This document shows, piece by piece, positions 17,141 through 30,592 of a stretch of DNA of 64,000 nucleotides. Each line of letters opens with the position of its first letter. Within the stretch, counting starts at the first letter, position 1. This stretch comes from the human T2T-CHM13v2.0 reference genome, Homo sapiens, in the NCBI RefSeq assembly GCF_009914755.1, contig NC_060926.1; one strand, 5' to 3'. The notes beneath the pieces are model-generated. The model searched no databases, had not been told where the DNA came from, and saw only the letters and a list, made by a program, of their open reading frames with translations. The translations under genes and the position numbers were made by a program.

Positions 17141-18899
17141 ATTCCCTTTGTAGCTTTTCAAGGAATATTTAGGGTTTTCTGCTTTGTCCTTGAGAGTAAG
17201 TAAAAGAAATAAAAACTATTATGGTATTTTACTTAAAAATGAAATTTAGTAAAATAAAATGTATTTCATAAGGATATTTATTATTCCTTAGTTCTGTAAG
17301 GTCTTATCTCTGCTAATGAAAATATTTCCTTCAGAGAGCATAATTCCATCATTTCCCCAAATGAAGCAGGAAACAGCACCAACAGAAACAACACAAAAAT
17401 CAAAAGCTTTTGAAATAGTTTGAAATAAGGAAACACTTGTTTATTCAGCAAATACCAAAGGAAATGAATAAATTCAAGCTAACCTAATCCCTTACCAGAT
17501 TTGAGCATGTTTCATATGGGATTTTATCTTAAAGTTAGTTACAAATATTCCTAAATTAACCCAAGAAGAGTTTAATTTCTTCAGCTAAATTGCAGTCTTT
17601 TCCTTTTTACCTCAGAGTAAAAGTTTTATGGTATGCATTTTAACTTCAACTAGGAAAAAGTTCAAAAGGAAAGTAAAAGACAAAAAGATATTACTGACAC
17701 TTAAAATTCATGCATTATAAAAATTCAGTCTCAGAACATCTATGGGTGATCGGCATCTGCTGAGGCTGTTGGAAACTACGAAGAGTGCCACTACCATGCA
17801 CCCTTATGATAGCAACTACTACAACAACAATGACAACAACAAAAAGCCAGGCACTCTTCAAAAATCACAATATCTGCTGATATATGAGCTCATAGGGCAA
17901 CCAATTAACCTGAAATCTAAGGAAAGAAAGATGCTTCCAAGAAGAGATTGAATGTAAGCAAATGTCATACAAGCAGGTAAGAAGGGCAAATGCCACATAA
18001 GCAGGTAAAAAAAAATTCATCCAAATTTTTAATGAATTGCTAATGACTGTAAATGGGCTACCATGAGAGTATAAGAAAATGATTTTGATTCCATTTGCAA
18101 GCTTTTCTCCATGGACTGGGTGCTCACAAGGCAGATGGGGTCACGAAAAGATATCCGAGAAAGCCTTCTCCTGATGTAGGCATAGTGGATAGTAACAGCA
18201 GCCTCTGGGAGAAAAGTATGGTACTCTGTCCTCATCCTTCTAGTCTGTCTCTTCAAGGGAACAAACAAAATCCTTTAAGATGCTGAGGCAAGGGTAGCAA
18301 GCCATTCACGTTTAGGTAGAGGAAAAGATCCAGTGCCTCTGGGGGATGAGATCACAGTAAAACTTTCTTCCTCAGGGAAAGGGCAGAAAGGTAGGCATAA
18401 TACTGTACTATATATTTTGCTCATTCCGATGATTATTTGAGATGATACTTCTCCCTTAACTTAAATGCCTTAAGATGTATGCCTACAAGAAAACAACCCA
18501 ATATGGTAACCAGAAGTAGTCAATGTATGCTCCATAAAAGAATGTTAACCACAGATCTCTCATCTATTATATCTCCCTGGGGAAAACACCAGGAAGTGAG
18601 ACTGTTCTGCCTCAGAACCACAGGGAACTTTTCCCCTCCTTTGTAGGATATATCTAAAAAGCAGGCTTTCTTTTCAGTTTGTAAGTGTTTGGTGTTAGGT
18701 TGAATTTGATTGGACAATAAGAGTAAATTGAAGTTGATTAAAATAGTCCATTTTAAATTTCTCTACCTAGTTGAGGAGCCATCTGGAATAAATTTCATGG
18801 AAATTAAAACCTTAAGTGCTGTTTGACATTTTAACTTAAGAGAATTCAAAACATTTTTGCCTCTTTCTTGAAGAAGTAAATACAGAATCATTAATGATA

Positions 18900-19470
18900 A
18901 AAGTAAAAATGTTATATTGTCCAGGACTGGTAAAAGTGTAGTAAAAAAAGTCCTCTTTTAGATTGGTAGTATTGGTTACTCATACAATCCTCGTGAAAAT
19001 CAATTTGGAAAGATGCATCAAGAACATTACAATACTCATATTCCTTGATCCAGTGATTCAACTTCTAGTAGGCTATTATAAAAAGAAGTCAATGTTATTG
19101 ACAGATAGTTACATATAAGGATATCTTGACAGTGATATTAATTATAAAAAATTGAAAACAATGTAAATATTTTATAATAGGGGAATTAAGTAGTCTCCTA
19201 TTAAATTAAATCCATATGATTGAATAGTATGCAGCCATTGAAATGGTTTTTGAAAAGCTTGTAATGGTATGTTTCCAATAGTAAACATATGTGTATGTAT
19301 ATGTATGTATATGAGTATGTATGTATATACATGTATAGATGCATACTAATATATTAATATATGCAAATACTTATCGAGAGAGAAAACAAAAAAGATTGAG
19401 AGATTATAATTTTTTTCTTTATACTTATCTGTTTTTTTTTCTAACTTTTCTAAAGTGAGCATGTTTTATA
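18900..19470 (+). mobile_element. L1ME-like 3' end
   Basis: gaaaatcaatttgg...catattccttgatccagtgattcaacttctag...gaatagtatgcagccattgaaa; (TATG)n near 19288-19335. Confidence 0.6.
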
Positions 19471-20366
19471 GATGGAGAAATGTTACATTTAAGAGTTCCT
19501 AGAAGCGCTCCACTTTATCCCAGAGTAATTATTTATAGTGCTTCAATTTACTTGTAAAAGCCTCTTTGTTTGGATAATAAGTTATATGGTCCACCTATGT
19601 ATAATTCAGAAAAAAAGATTTAAAAGTAACCACAAAGTGACATAGGATTTGACTATGTGTAATTGCACAAGCAATTTGAAGGATATATAGAATTTGACCC
19701 AACTTCTACCACATGCGAACATACCAGAATTTTTAATTACATGAAAAAAATAAAGTTATATTGATATAACCTATATGGATAATAATATACCTTGTGAACA
19801 AAATATATTGAAACAATAAGAAATATCTGAAGTAACAGCAATGTAGATATAACTCTGAAGTTAAGACATAAGTTTTGTTCAGCAAATTTTTAAAGATTTT
19901 TTTTCTTCTATTACTTGAACTTTTACTGGGAGAAAGCTTTATGGTCCCACTAGCAGGGATTGTTAAACTTTTGCAAATGTACTAAGAGCTAAATTCTAGA
20001 TCAAAAAAAAAATTGACTTTTCACCCCAAATTCTTCTGTCACTAATAAAAAAATCTGAACCATATAAACAAATATTTACAAGATTCATAATAAAATTCTA
20101 AGCCAATAAATGGACAGATTTACAACAGAATAATTATAAATTGATGTAAGTTTAAGTATATTTTCTCTACTTTGTATCATATTTCTCCTCAATGTACAGC
20201 ATAAATTATCTCTGAAATCATAATATTTTTCTGGGTGCCACATCAAATCAAACTTTAAATCAAAATTTAGATGCAACTATCTCTCAACTCCCTTCAATCT
20301 TACTCTAGCTGACCACTGCCACTCATCTGGTAAATTTAAGAAATAAATAAATTTTAGGATCATATT

Positions 20367-20729
20367 TGATATGGTTTGGCTGTATCCCCACTCAAATCTC
20401 AAATTGTAGCTCTCATAATTCTCACATGTCATGGGAAGGACCCGGTGGGACGTAATTGAATCATGAGGGTGTGTCTTTCCTATGCTGTTCTCAAGATAAT
20501 GAATAAATCTTGTGAGATCTGATAGTTTTATAAAAGGGAGTTCCCCTGCACATGCTCTCTCTCTTGCCTACTGCCATGTAAGACGGGCCTTGCTCCTCAT
20601 TCACCTTCCACCATAATTGTGAGGCCTCGCCAGCCATCAGGAACTGTGAATCCATTAAACCTCTTCTTCTTTATGAATTACTCAGTCTCGGGTATGTCTT
20701 TATTAGTAGTGTGAGAATGAACTAATACA
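20367..20729 (+). mobile_element. THE1B/C solo LTR
   Basis: tgatatggtttggctgt...gaactaataca, TG..CA ends; 5-bp TSD atatt/gtatt. Confidence 0.93.
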
Positions 20730-21164
20730 GTATTTGACTGAAACAATGAGAAACATAATACTTTGGCTAAAAGTTTGGTTTTATTGGATTGGACATGGGG
20801 TGATCCTGGCCATGTGGGTTGCCTATAAGATGAAGGGAGCCAGGACACTCAGGAAGAGAGACCACCCTGCAAAATGAACCCAACTGCCTGGTAATACCTA
20901 CTACATGACAGGCAAATGGATGAGTCATGTTTTCCCTCATGTGCTGCTTATTTTTCCTAAAATAAAAAGCTGTAGACTATTGCATGGAATGTCCTACATT
21001 TATTATTTCTGTAGATACAGCTTTTTAAATCCAACTAATAAAGATAGAGCTATACAATGGGGAAATGATAATCAAAAGCATCAGTTGTTAAAAATAAAAG
21101 ACTCCAGGTGATTTCCAGTTTGCTACAAGTCAGAAATATGATCAACAACGATAATTCAACATAA

Positions 21165-21560
21165 TCATTAAGAAAAGTCCAGTAGCATGTTCAGAATAAG
21201 ATGACGAATACTACCTATTGATACCCTGTTCTGTGCTTATTAGAGAGCAACTGAAATATTGTATTCTGTTCTGTAATCCAGGGATTTAGAACAGTTAAAA
21301 ATAAAAGAAAAGCACTAAAGCAAACAATCTAAATAAATAGCCGCAATAATAAAAACACCAACAAAATAAAACAAAATCAGCGCTCATACATAAAGAGAGA
21401 AGACAGATTGACCAAGTGTGGACTGACTGATGAACCTAAGCCTGTCTAACTTGGATTAAAGGGGGCTTAGTGGGGTTACATGGCTCACTTGGGGGGATAT
21501 AGGTAGTCTTGTGGAAAAGAAAGCTTTTTAATCTAGGGGCTTCCAGAGGGCAGACCTATA
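21165..21560 (+). mobile_element. L3/CR1 LINE remnant
   Basis: ataccctgttctgtgcttattagagagcaactgaaatattgtattctgttctg resembles CR1 RT 3' region (LYSALVRPHLEYCVQFW). Confidence 0.5.
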
Positions 21561-23042
21561 AATCTAGTGGGCAAGGTGCACCTGACTTCTCTTCCTTTAA
21601 AGTAGTAAAAATTGGTGGAGTAGAGACTAGAATTGGGAGCAAGGTGAGAATCTCAGGAGTATAAAGAGCAATTCCACTGAGGAGCCCCATTTGCTGGAGA
21701 TACCTCTGCAGGGCTTGAGTGAAAAATAAAAATGGAGTCTTTCAGCCTGCTGGATACAGTCCTCTTAGAAAGGTGGAAGGAGTGAAAGTGCATGTAAACG
21801 CCCTTTTCCAGGGCATAATGTTTTCCTTTAGGGGAAGGGTAATGGCAAAGCACATTTTGAAAACATTATGTTGATGTATTTTTTAATGCTATTCCTCAGA
21901 AATCATGTTCTCAGATGATTTTTTTGCAATGATAGCCCCAAGGCAAGAGAAGTGGGTGAAATTTCCTTGGGAAGGAGGAGGATATGATGTAAGTGACATC
22001 TCAGCCTCACTAGAAAGGAAGTGAAGAGATCACCTCTAACATCCTGGTAGACTGCAGGAGAGAAGAAGACAGAGAGAAGTAGCGACACTCCTGTATTCTG
22101 ACCTTTCCTCTGTGAGATAATGTCTTAGAATGAAGGCATATTGGAGAGGCAAAAGATGAGGCCTCAAAATTCATGATCCCACTTCCACTTGTGATTCTAG
22201 CAGGAGTCACACTTTGCAGGATACCTCAGCCAAAGGGCCTCATGGCAAGTTAGGGCAGCCCCAACACGGTAATAAGGGTAAGGGGTATTTTTAGGGTAAG
22301 GGGTATTTTTAGGTCAAGAGGAAAACCCTGAGCTTTGGTTTGTTTTTAATTGGACTGAGTTTACCAAAATGGAATAAAGTAAATACTTTTCAGCTTTCAG
22401 GTGGGTGGGGACAGATGAGGTAATTTAGGGAAGTTATAAGGAAAAAAAGCTGTATAATTATTAAATTTTTTTTGTAATAAAATTATTAACAAATAATTTA
22501 AAAAATATTTTTAAATAAAATTATTAAAATAGTTGCTCCTCTGAATGTAGCATATTAATTGGCAGACCCATAAATGAGTCGCTAGAGAATCATTAATGAG
22601 TTGCACATTAAGTGGGGCTGACGGTTTTCATTTCCTTGGGGTTCCTCAAAAAAAGCAAGACCCTAGTATGTATTTAGAGCACATACTAGCTATGCTAATA
22701 AAACCACTATGTAAAAATTTCTACCACTTTTCTTCCTGTATACCTGTCCTTTAGAGGAGGATAATAAAATGACAACATTGATTTTAAACTTATAGATAAA
22801 ATTGCCTTCCAGACATTCTTTAGCTCTGGTCTTACCAATATTATTTACAATTTGACAGTTTTTCTGCAGCTTCAAAAGCAATGCTCATCTAAAATACCAG
22901 CTTGAAAATACCCAGGAAGAAAAATACTGAACCCCTGTGACCACTGTGTTTGCTTCTAGCCAAAAATATGTATCTAGGCAAATAATGGTGAGTGTGAAGT
23001 TTGTCATTTGATTCTCTATTCAACACATTTAAACAGTGCCTT

Positions 23043-23362
<320 letters not shown>

Positions 23363-23508
23363 TAAACAGTACCTTCTTATTTTAATATTCCTTCTTTGTA
23401 TTTTCTCCTATTGTTCCTATCCATCCAACCCACCACCTTAAATTTTCTCCATCTCACTGGACTGTCTCAAGAAATTTTCAGTTTTAAAGAAATGTAACGT
23501 AAGAAATC

Positions 23509-24078
23509 TGTATTATCCTTCTATTGTTGCCGTAACAAGTAACAACGAACTTAGTAGCTTAAATGCAACAAATCTATTTTCTTAGTTATCTGTGGGTGAG
23601 AAATCCAACATGGATCTCACTGGGCTAAAATCAAGGAATCAGCAGGGCTGTTTCTTTTTGGAGAAAAGAATTTTAAGCAAAATTTTTATCTTTGTTAAGT
23701 TTGGGTTGTTGGAAGAATTCAGTTCACTTCTTTACTGTCTACAAGCCAAGTCTGTCCCTAGCTTCTAGAGACATCTGCATTCTTTGGCTTGTCACTCTTT
23801 TCTTCATCTTCAAGGCCAGCAACCATGGGAAGAGTACCTCCACTCTTCAAATCTTTTCTTTCATCTCACGTCTCTGATTAGCTGGAGTAAGTTCTCTGCT
23901 TTTGAGGGTTCTTATGATTTAATTGGGCCTATCGGGATAATTTAGAAAAATCTTCCTGTCTCAGGGTCTGTAACCTTAACCATACTTGCAAAGTCCTTTT
24001 GCTATTTACAGTAACACACTCAGAAATTCTGAGGGTTAGGGCATGGACATATTTGGAGAGCCATTATTCTACCTATTA
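23509..24078 (-). mobile_element. MLT1D/E solo LTR
   Basis: ctattgttgccgtaacaagtaacaacgaacttagtagcttaaa...ggttagggcatggacatatttggagagccattattctacct. Confidence 0.85.
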
Positions 24079-24529
24079 TGGGCAGGCAGTGAGATATTGG
24101 TGCTTCTTTTTTCTTAGCAGTTAAATGATGGGACTGATTAAGAAAACATTGCATTTCAGTTCAAACTTGCTGCTTTTATAAAATGAAGCTGGTGATAACC
24201 TATCTTCCACTGACATTTACGTTTTTTGTTCCTCTTCCTTTAAATGCCTACTCTCAGCCTTTTCAATATGCCAACAAATTAATCTGATAAAACACGTTCA
24301 CACGTGCATCTTTGTAAAATAAACTAAGAACATCATTTTCCAAAGAAGTTGGTTATTTGTATTTCTTATTTAAATAGTCCTAATTTCATCATCCCATATG
24401 TTAATGATTCACTGGATAGTCTCATGTTTAGCATCAGGAGAGGGCTTCCTCAAGTCCAGGCCCTATAACTGACAGATGTCGGAAGCATCCCAATATGTGG
24501 AATCATTATTGTTGATTATGAGGAGGATG

Positions 24530-24910
24530 CTGTCATGTGCCATCAACACCTCTTATCAGAAATGAAGGATTTATATCCGTAACTGCTAGAAATGCTGCTG
24601 GAAGACTGCCCTCTGCTGTCAGCCCTCCCTAGGGATTGCCTACCTACCACACTCAAGATGAAAAATTCTTTGGGACAAGTAACATCTAGTCATTGGTCAA
24701 TTTGAGGTATAGAAGTAAAGCCCCCTTTCCCTAACTCAGGACAACTCTGAAGTCCACTTCAAGCTCCAGAGTTCCTTAGGATGTCAGCTAAGGTCTTTTG
24801 GGAGCTACACCATGGCTCTGTTTCTCCCTCTTCTCAATCCTGGTTTCATCCTCTCTCTTCCACAAATGTTGATCCCAAGTGTGTTTCCTTAGGAACTTCC
24901 TACATGCTTC
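24530..24910 (+). mobile_element. LTR16-family (ERVL) LTR, LTR16C-like
   Basis: ggacaactctgaagtccacttcaagctccagagttcc...tctccctcttctcaatcctggtttc...tgttgatcccaag. Confidence 0.7.
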
Positions 24911-25515
24911 CTAAAGCCTAGAGCTTCATTAGCACAAAAGAAGGTTATAGTGATGACTACTGCTATGCATAGAAATTTATGCAAATTAAGGTTACTTCAA
25001 GTATTAAAAAATGATGACAATGATGATGGTGATTTTTAGAAAATACGTGGAACTGCAAATCTAATGTTACATAATATATATTTGTAAAATAAAGCAATCT
25101 CATGTTTGTGATAAGATATAAGGCATAAACAATGGAATAATTTGTCACAAAAATTTGTTCCATCATTCCTCTCCATAACCTAATGGAACTATGTCGGTGT
25201 CTTTTTTTATTAAAATACTCCTTAATGCTTAGTTCAATTGTTAAGGGCCACTTTATAGACAGAAGTCCATTAATTTCCTATTGGTATAAGCTAATATTTA
25301 GGAATATATTGGTCAAATATATTTTGACCAGTTTTCTTGGATAATGTAAAAATAAGGTAGGCATTCAACAGAACTAATGCCGGGCTTTTATCCTGCATGA
25401 AAGTTTATAAAATTTATCTACTTTTCAACAGAGACATGTTAGCATTCAAATCATGTATCTACAGACATGTATGCTGAGTACAGCATATGGTATTATCATT
25501 AAGAAAGAGATATGG

Positions 25516-25728
25516 AATCCAAGCACTTTGGGAAGCTGAAGCAGGAGGATCACTTGAAGCCAGAACTTCAAGACAAGCTGGGGCAGCAGTGAGACCCCCA
25601 CCTCTACAAAAATACTTAAATATTAGCAAGGTGTGGTGGTGCACCTGTAGTCGCAGCTACTCAGGAGGGTGAAGGGGGAGGATCTTTTGATCCCAGGAAT
25701 TGAAGACTGCAGTGAGCTATGATCACTG
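25516..25728 (+). mobile_element. AluJ, truncated at both ends
   Basis: aatccaagcactttgggaagctgaagcaggaggatcacttgaagcc...gactgcagtgagctatgatcactg. Confidence 0.9.
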
Positions 25729-25935
25729 AAAGAAAGAAAAAGGAAAGGAAAGAAAGCAAGAAGGGAAGAAGGAAGGAAGGAAGGAAGGAAGGAAGGAAAG
25801 AAGGAAGGAAGGAAGGAAGGAAGGGAGGGAGGGAGGGAAAAAGGAAGAAAGGAAAGAAAGAAAGAGAGAAAGAAAGAAAAAGAAAGAGAGAAAGGGAGAA
25901 AGAAAGAAAGGAAGGAAGGAAGAAAGAAAGAAAGA
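25728..25935. repeat. (GAAA/GGAA)n polypurine microsatellite
   Basis: ~200 nt almost pure purine; (GGAA)7 from 25771 and (GGAA)5 from 25803. Confidence 0.97.
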
Positions 25936-26287
25936 TGGATGAGAGGCACTGCAAAAATCTAGGATACCTTTGCAATTGAGAGACTTATTAAGGAAATGAA
26001 CTAAGGAAAAAAGAAGAAATAGATGTGGAAAGCATTGAGCAGAATAAACAAGAGGTTTTCCTGACTGAATGGAGGAGGCAAGGTAAAAAGTTCAACATGA
26101 CTTTGATTTCTGGACATTAATGATTGTTTTTCTTGGGTATAGAGAAGCAGAAATAGAAGAGTAGGAAAAAAGCTATTAAAAATAAAAATTGGTACATTTG
26201 ATTTTGAATATATTGAGTTACAGATTTAAACAAATTCAGGACTGAAACATGGAAGCTATTTAAATAGTTTAAACAGCATTGTACTTA

Positions 26288-26602
<315 letters not shown>

Positions 26603-27335
26603 TCATAGAAAAATATGGATTTAAAACAGAAAGAACTAAATGAATTTAGACAGTACAGACAATTTAAATGGAGAAGGATTTTTTCCCCTGAAATTGATTA
26701 CTAATTGATCCGTGATATTAATTTAATGATTATCAAACATTACTGTAATGTTTTCTTCATTGTAATATAATTACAAACTCAAGTAATATAAATTTACTGT
26801 CTTCTCTCAACTATCCTCACAAATAAGAAAAGAAATGGTATAACAAATCCAACAGGGGAAATAATACAAAAAAACAGCTAGTCAAATCATATATATTATA
26901 GTATGGGATTGTTATTATTGGATATCATTGCTGTTCTGGGATTGAATTACATGTCAAACAGAAATCAGGAGTCAATAGTGAGGAAGTCACTAAGGGTAAG
27001 CTAGTGTACCAGATTCTTGCCATTCAAGCTTTTCTCATAGCCTTTAAGCAATGGGACATAACTAAGTGAATCTGAGCTTTACAGGCCTTCCAGTGTGGAG
27101 GGGCTCACGTCATCAGTGGGCAGAAGGGAGGAGGCACAGGGCATCAAAGCACCTGCAACACTAGATGTTTATGATATGTCAATCTTGGTTAGGTTATGAC
27201 TTTACCTTTCCATTTTCTTGCAACTAAAACATGGGCAAGTAAAATGATTCATTAAAAAATAATGAAATGAAAAGGTTTAACCAATATAATTACACATTTT
27301 TTTCTAAGTGATTTCAGACAACTAACTGAATGGCG

Positions 27336-27737
27336 ATGCTACGATTTTAATGTGTGTCTCTTCAAAATTCATACATCGGAACTTCAATCCCCAAGGTGTT
27401 GATGTTAAGAGGTGAGGCCATTTAAGGAAGTAATAAAGTTATGAGGACTCTGTCCGCTTGAATGGGACTCATGTCCTTATAAAGAACAGGAGAGAATTAG
27501 CTAGGCCTTTCAGTCCTAGTGCTCCTTCCCCACATGAGGACACAGTGTTCACCCACTCTGCAAGATGAAGATGCAGCATCAAGGTGCTATCCATGAAGAA
27601 CGAGCCCCCAGTAGACACTGAACCTACTGACACCCTTGATCTTGAACTTTCCAACCTCTAGAACTATGAAAAATAAACTTTTAGTATTGATCAATTGTGT
27701 AGTCTCTTTTATTATAGCAGTATGAAGGGCTTTAGGG
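27336..27737 (+). mobile_element. MSTD/MLT1A-like solo LTR
   Basis: caaaattcatac...aatccccaaggtg...ttaagaggtgaggcc...ccttgatcttgaactttccaacctctagaactatgaaaaataaa. Confidence 0.85.
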
Positions 27738-27862
27738 AGCTGCTATTTAAAAATAAGGTTAATTATTTCACTCAAACAGGCTTCAATGACATTTAAAATT
27801 ACTATATGTATTCAAAAGTAACGGTACTATACTCCTTTAAAGTACTATACATAGTTGTTTAG

Positions 27863-28194
<332 letters not shown>

Positions 28195-29211
28195 CCAAGA
28201 AAAATACTTTTGACTAATTTCTTAAATCATTTATTTAAGTTTTTAAACATCAATTTTTAACTGGAAGTTATTATACTGAAAATAGATGGCATATTAAAAT
28301 CTGTTAAAGGCAGTGGGTAACTTTCAATATTTTATCACTAATCAGTTAATGATGCATCAATTAGTGTTCTTCTCTGCTCTCTTCTTTTTATTTCTCTTAC
28401 TCTCCTGAATAGGTACAAAATTGTTTACATGTGCCTGTAGGCACATACAACACTCCTTGTGTTCACGTGGATGTGAAAACATTAGGCAGGCTGCAGCAAT
28501 AGCCTTGATCTTATTGTCTTAACAAAGTGACTGTGTAAAATGAAATTTAAAAGGAAAAAGAAAACTTAGGCCTAATCTTTCATTCATTTCTAATTACTCC
28601 CTTTCTTCATCTTTTTCCCTCGTGCAAGCCCCCTAAATTTTCCTTAATGTGATCTTCCTAAGAATCAAAATTAATGAAGAAGGCAATTGTAAGACTCTAA
28701 TTAGAAATTTTCAAAAAATAATTGTTGTAGTTCTTTTTGCATCATTTTTCTTCTATAAACCAGTGTAAAAATCTCAATGATTGATAAAATTTGTCAAGGG
28801 TAATCCTTAGATGTGTAATATGTCTCCCCCTTTCCATTTTACATTGCAAACGTTGAAGGCAAGGGATGATTTTATGAGATAAATATGATGTTCTATAAAT
28901 GAAACTGGTTTTCTCTCTAATAAATTTGTTATAATGCTATTTCATTGTATTAACTCAAGCTTTAGGTTATGTGTTAAAAACAACAAATCCTCTTAAAGTG
29001 TCAATTGGTAGCCTTTTCTGATGCAAAAATTTTCACATTCTTCCACTACATTCCCATTGGTTGTATATTGCCTGACTGAAATAATAGGTTGTCTTATTAA
29101 TTCACTGACATTATTTCAAGTACCTAAGCTTTCCCTAGATTTGAAGAAGTAAATCTTGATTAGACCTGTGCAGACACTGCTGCTACACAATATGTGTTTT
29201 TCTTATTTACA

Positions 29212-29599
29212 AGACTGGCAGCTAGACTACTTTTTCTTGCTCCTTGCATCCATGTGGTGCCATATAACCATTTCTCACCAATAGATTGTGAGTGGAAGTG
29301 ACATGTGCTATTTTCCGGTTGATGGGGTTAAAACCAGGTGTGCCTTCTCCGTATTCTCTTCTCTTTTTTCCATTTGTCAATTTAAGAGAGAGAAATTTCA
29401 AAAATATAGAAGAAAACAAAATCGTAGGCTGGAATAAACCTAAGTTCCTAGATTCTATATAAAACAAAGAGACCTCTCTTTCACACACTATCCCCATTTC
29501 TGACCTTCTTGTGAGTGTTGTAAGAAATAAAGTTTTATTACTAAGCCTTGAGATTTGGAGTATTTTTTTAACAACAGTTAGGAAACTCAAAATAATACA
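29212..29599 (+). mobile_element. MLT1I/J-like solo LTR
   Basis: ttctcaccaatagattgtgagtggaagtgacatgtgc...aagaaataaagttttattactaagccttgagatttgg...taataca. Confidence 0.7.
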
Positions 29600-30534
29600 A
29601 GCATGAGCTGATCTAGTACATAAAATGAGAAAGATCCGGCAGCAGGTAACATTATACTATATTAAGTTGAATGTGTTTAACAAAATAATTTTAAATATGT
29701 ATGATCTGGCTTTCAAACCCTACTAAGGGCTCTTATTCTGCTATTTACCATTCTTCACCATACAAATTGGGGCTCTTTATTTGCTTTGTATTTTTGCCTA
29801 TATTTGTATAATTATATTATGACTTCCAAAATTCAAATCAAAAAACAAAGGACTTGATACCATGAAAAAGAAAAAGCTCTTATTGGTTGTAAAGTGGATA
29901 CTACCAGTGTTTCACCAGTCATTGAATTAACTCAGATTTTTTTTTTAAAGGAGAGTAATTCCATGACATTTTCAGATTACAATCATGCCAAGAAGCATGA
30001 GTGACCCAGTTACTGAAATTTATTTTACCTCTGAAATTAATTCAAAAACAGTTATTTCAATATATCAAACATTAATAGTGTCCTGACATTTTTGATAGTA
30101 GAAAAAAAGCAAAATTAATATATACCTGATTTCTCAAATGAGTAAAAGCATATTGATTTTTAACAAAATGTTATACCATGTAAAGCCTTAAAATTAAAGG
30201 TAATTTTTTAAAATAAAAATTTACACTGAAGCTTCTTCAGTTGCATCAGGCATTGATTATATACAAATAAAATTTTTCTAAATGTTAAAATAGTTTGAGA
30301 AAGAGAATAGTCTATCCTTCTCACATTTTTCTAAACTAATGATTTATATTAAATGCAATTAAGTATGTTCTTACGTAGTTCATATGTGATTCACGTATAT
30401 GGTTTACTTCAATTAGATTTTAAGCTACTTAAGAATACCCTGAATCTAATAGTTTATATTCCCCAAGGCACCAAGAAAAATTCTGGACAAATAATAAGCA
30501 TAAATTAACAGGCATCTGCTTGTTCTTCTTGCAG

Positions 30535-30592
30535 AATAGATTACTTCAGGAATTGATTCTCAGTGCCTAGGTTTGGCCACCACTGTGGTTGG
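30535..30592 (+). other. Candidate 58-nt non-coding exon
   Basis: ttaac branch-like motif, tgcttgttcttcttgcag| acceptor, TGG|gtaagc donor; stops in all three frames. Confidence 0.2.

Noticed and set aside
25623-25979. K/E/R-rich and F/L/S-rich ORFs
   Set aside because: Frames of the GAAA/GGAA microsatellite plus Alu.
28429-28446. Palindrome atgtgcct-gt-aggcacat
   Set aside because: An 8-bp stem is expected by chance in 64 kb.
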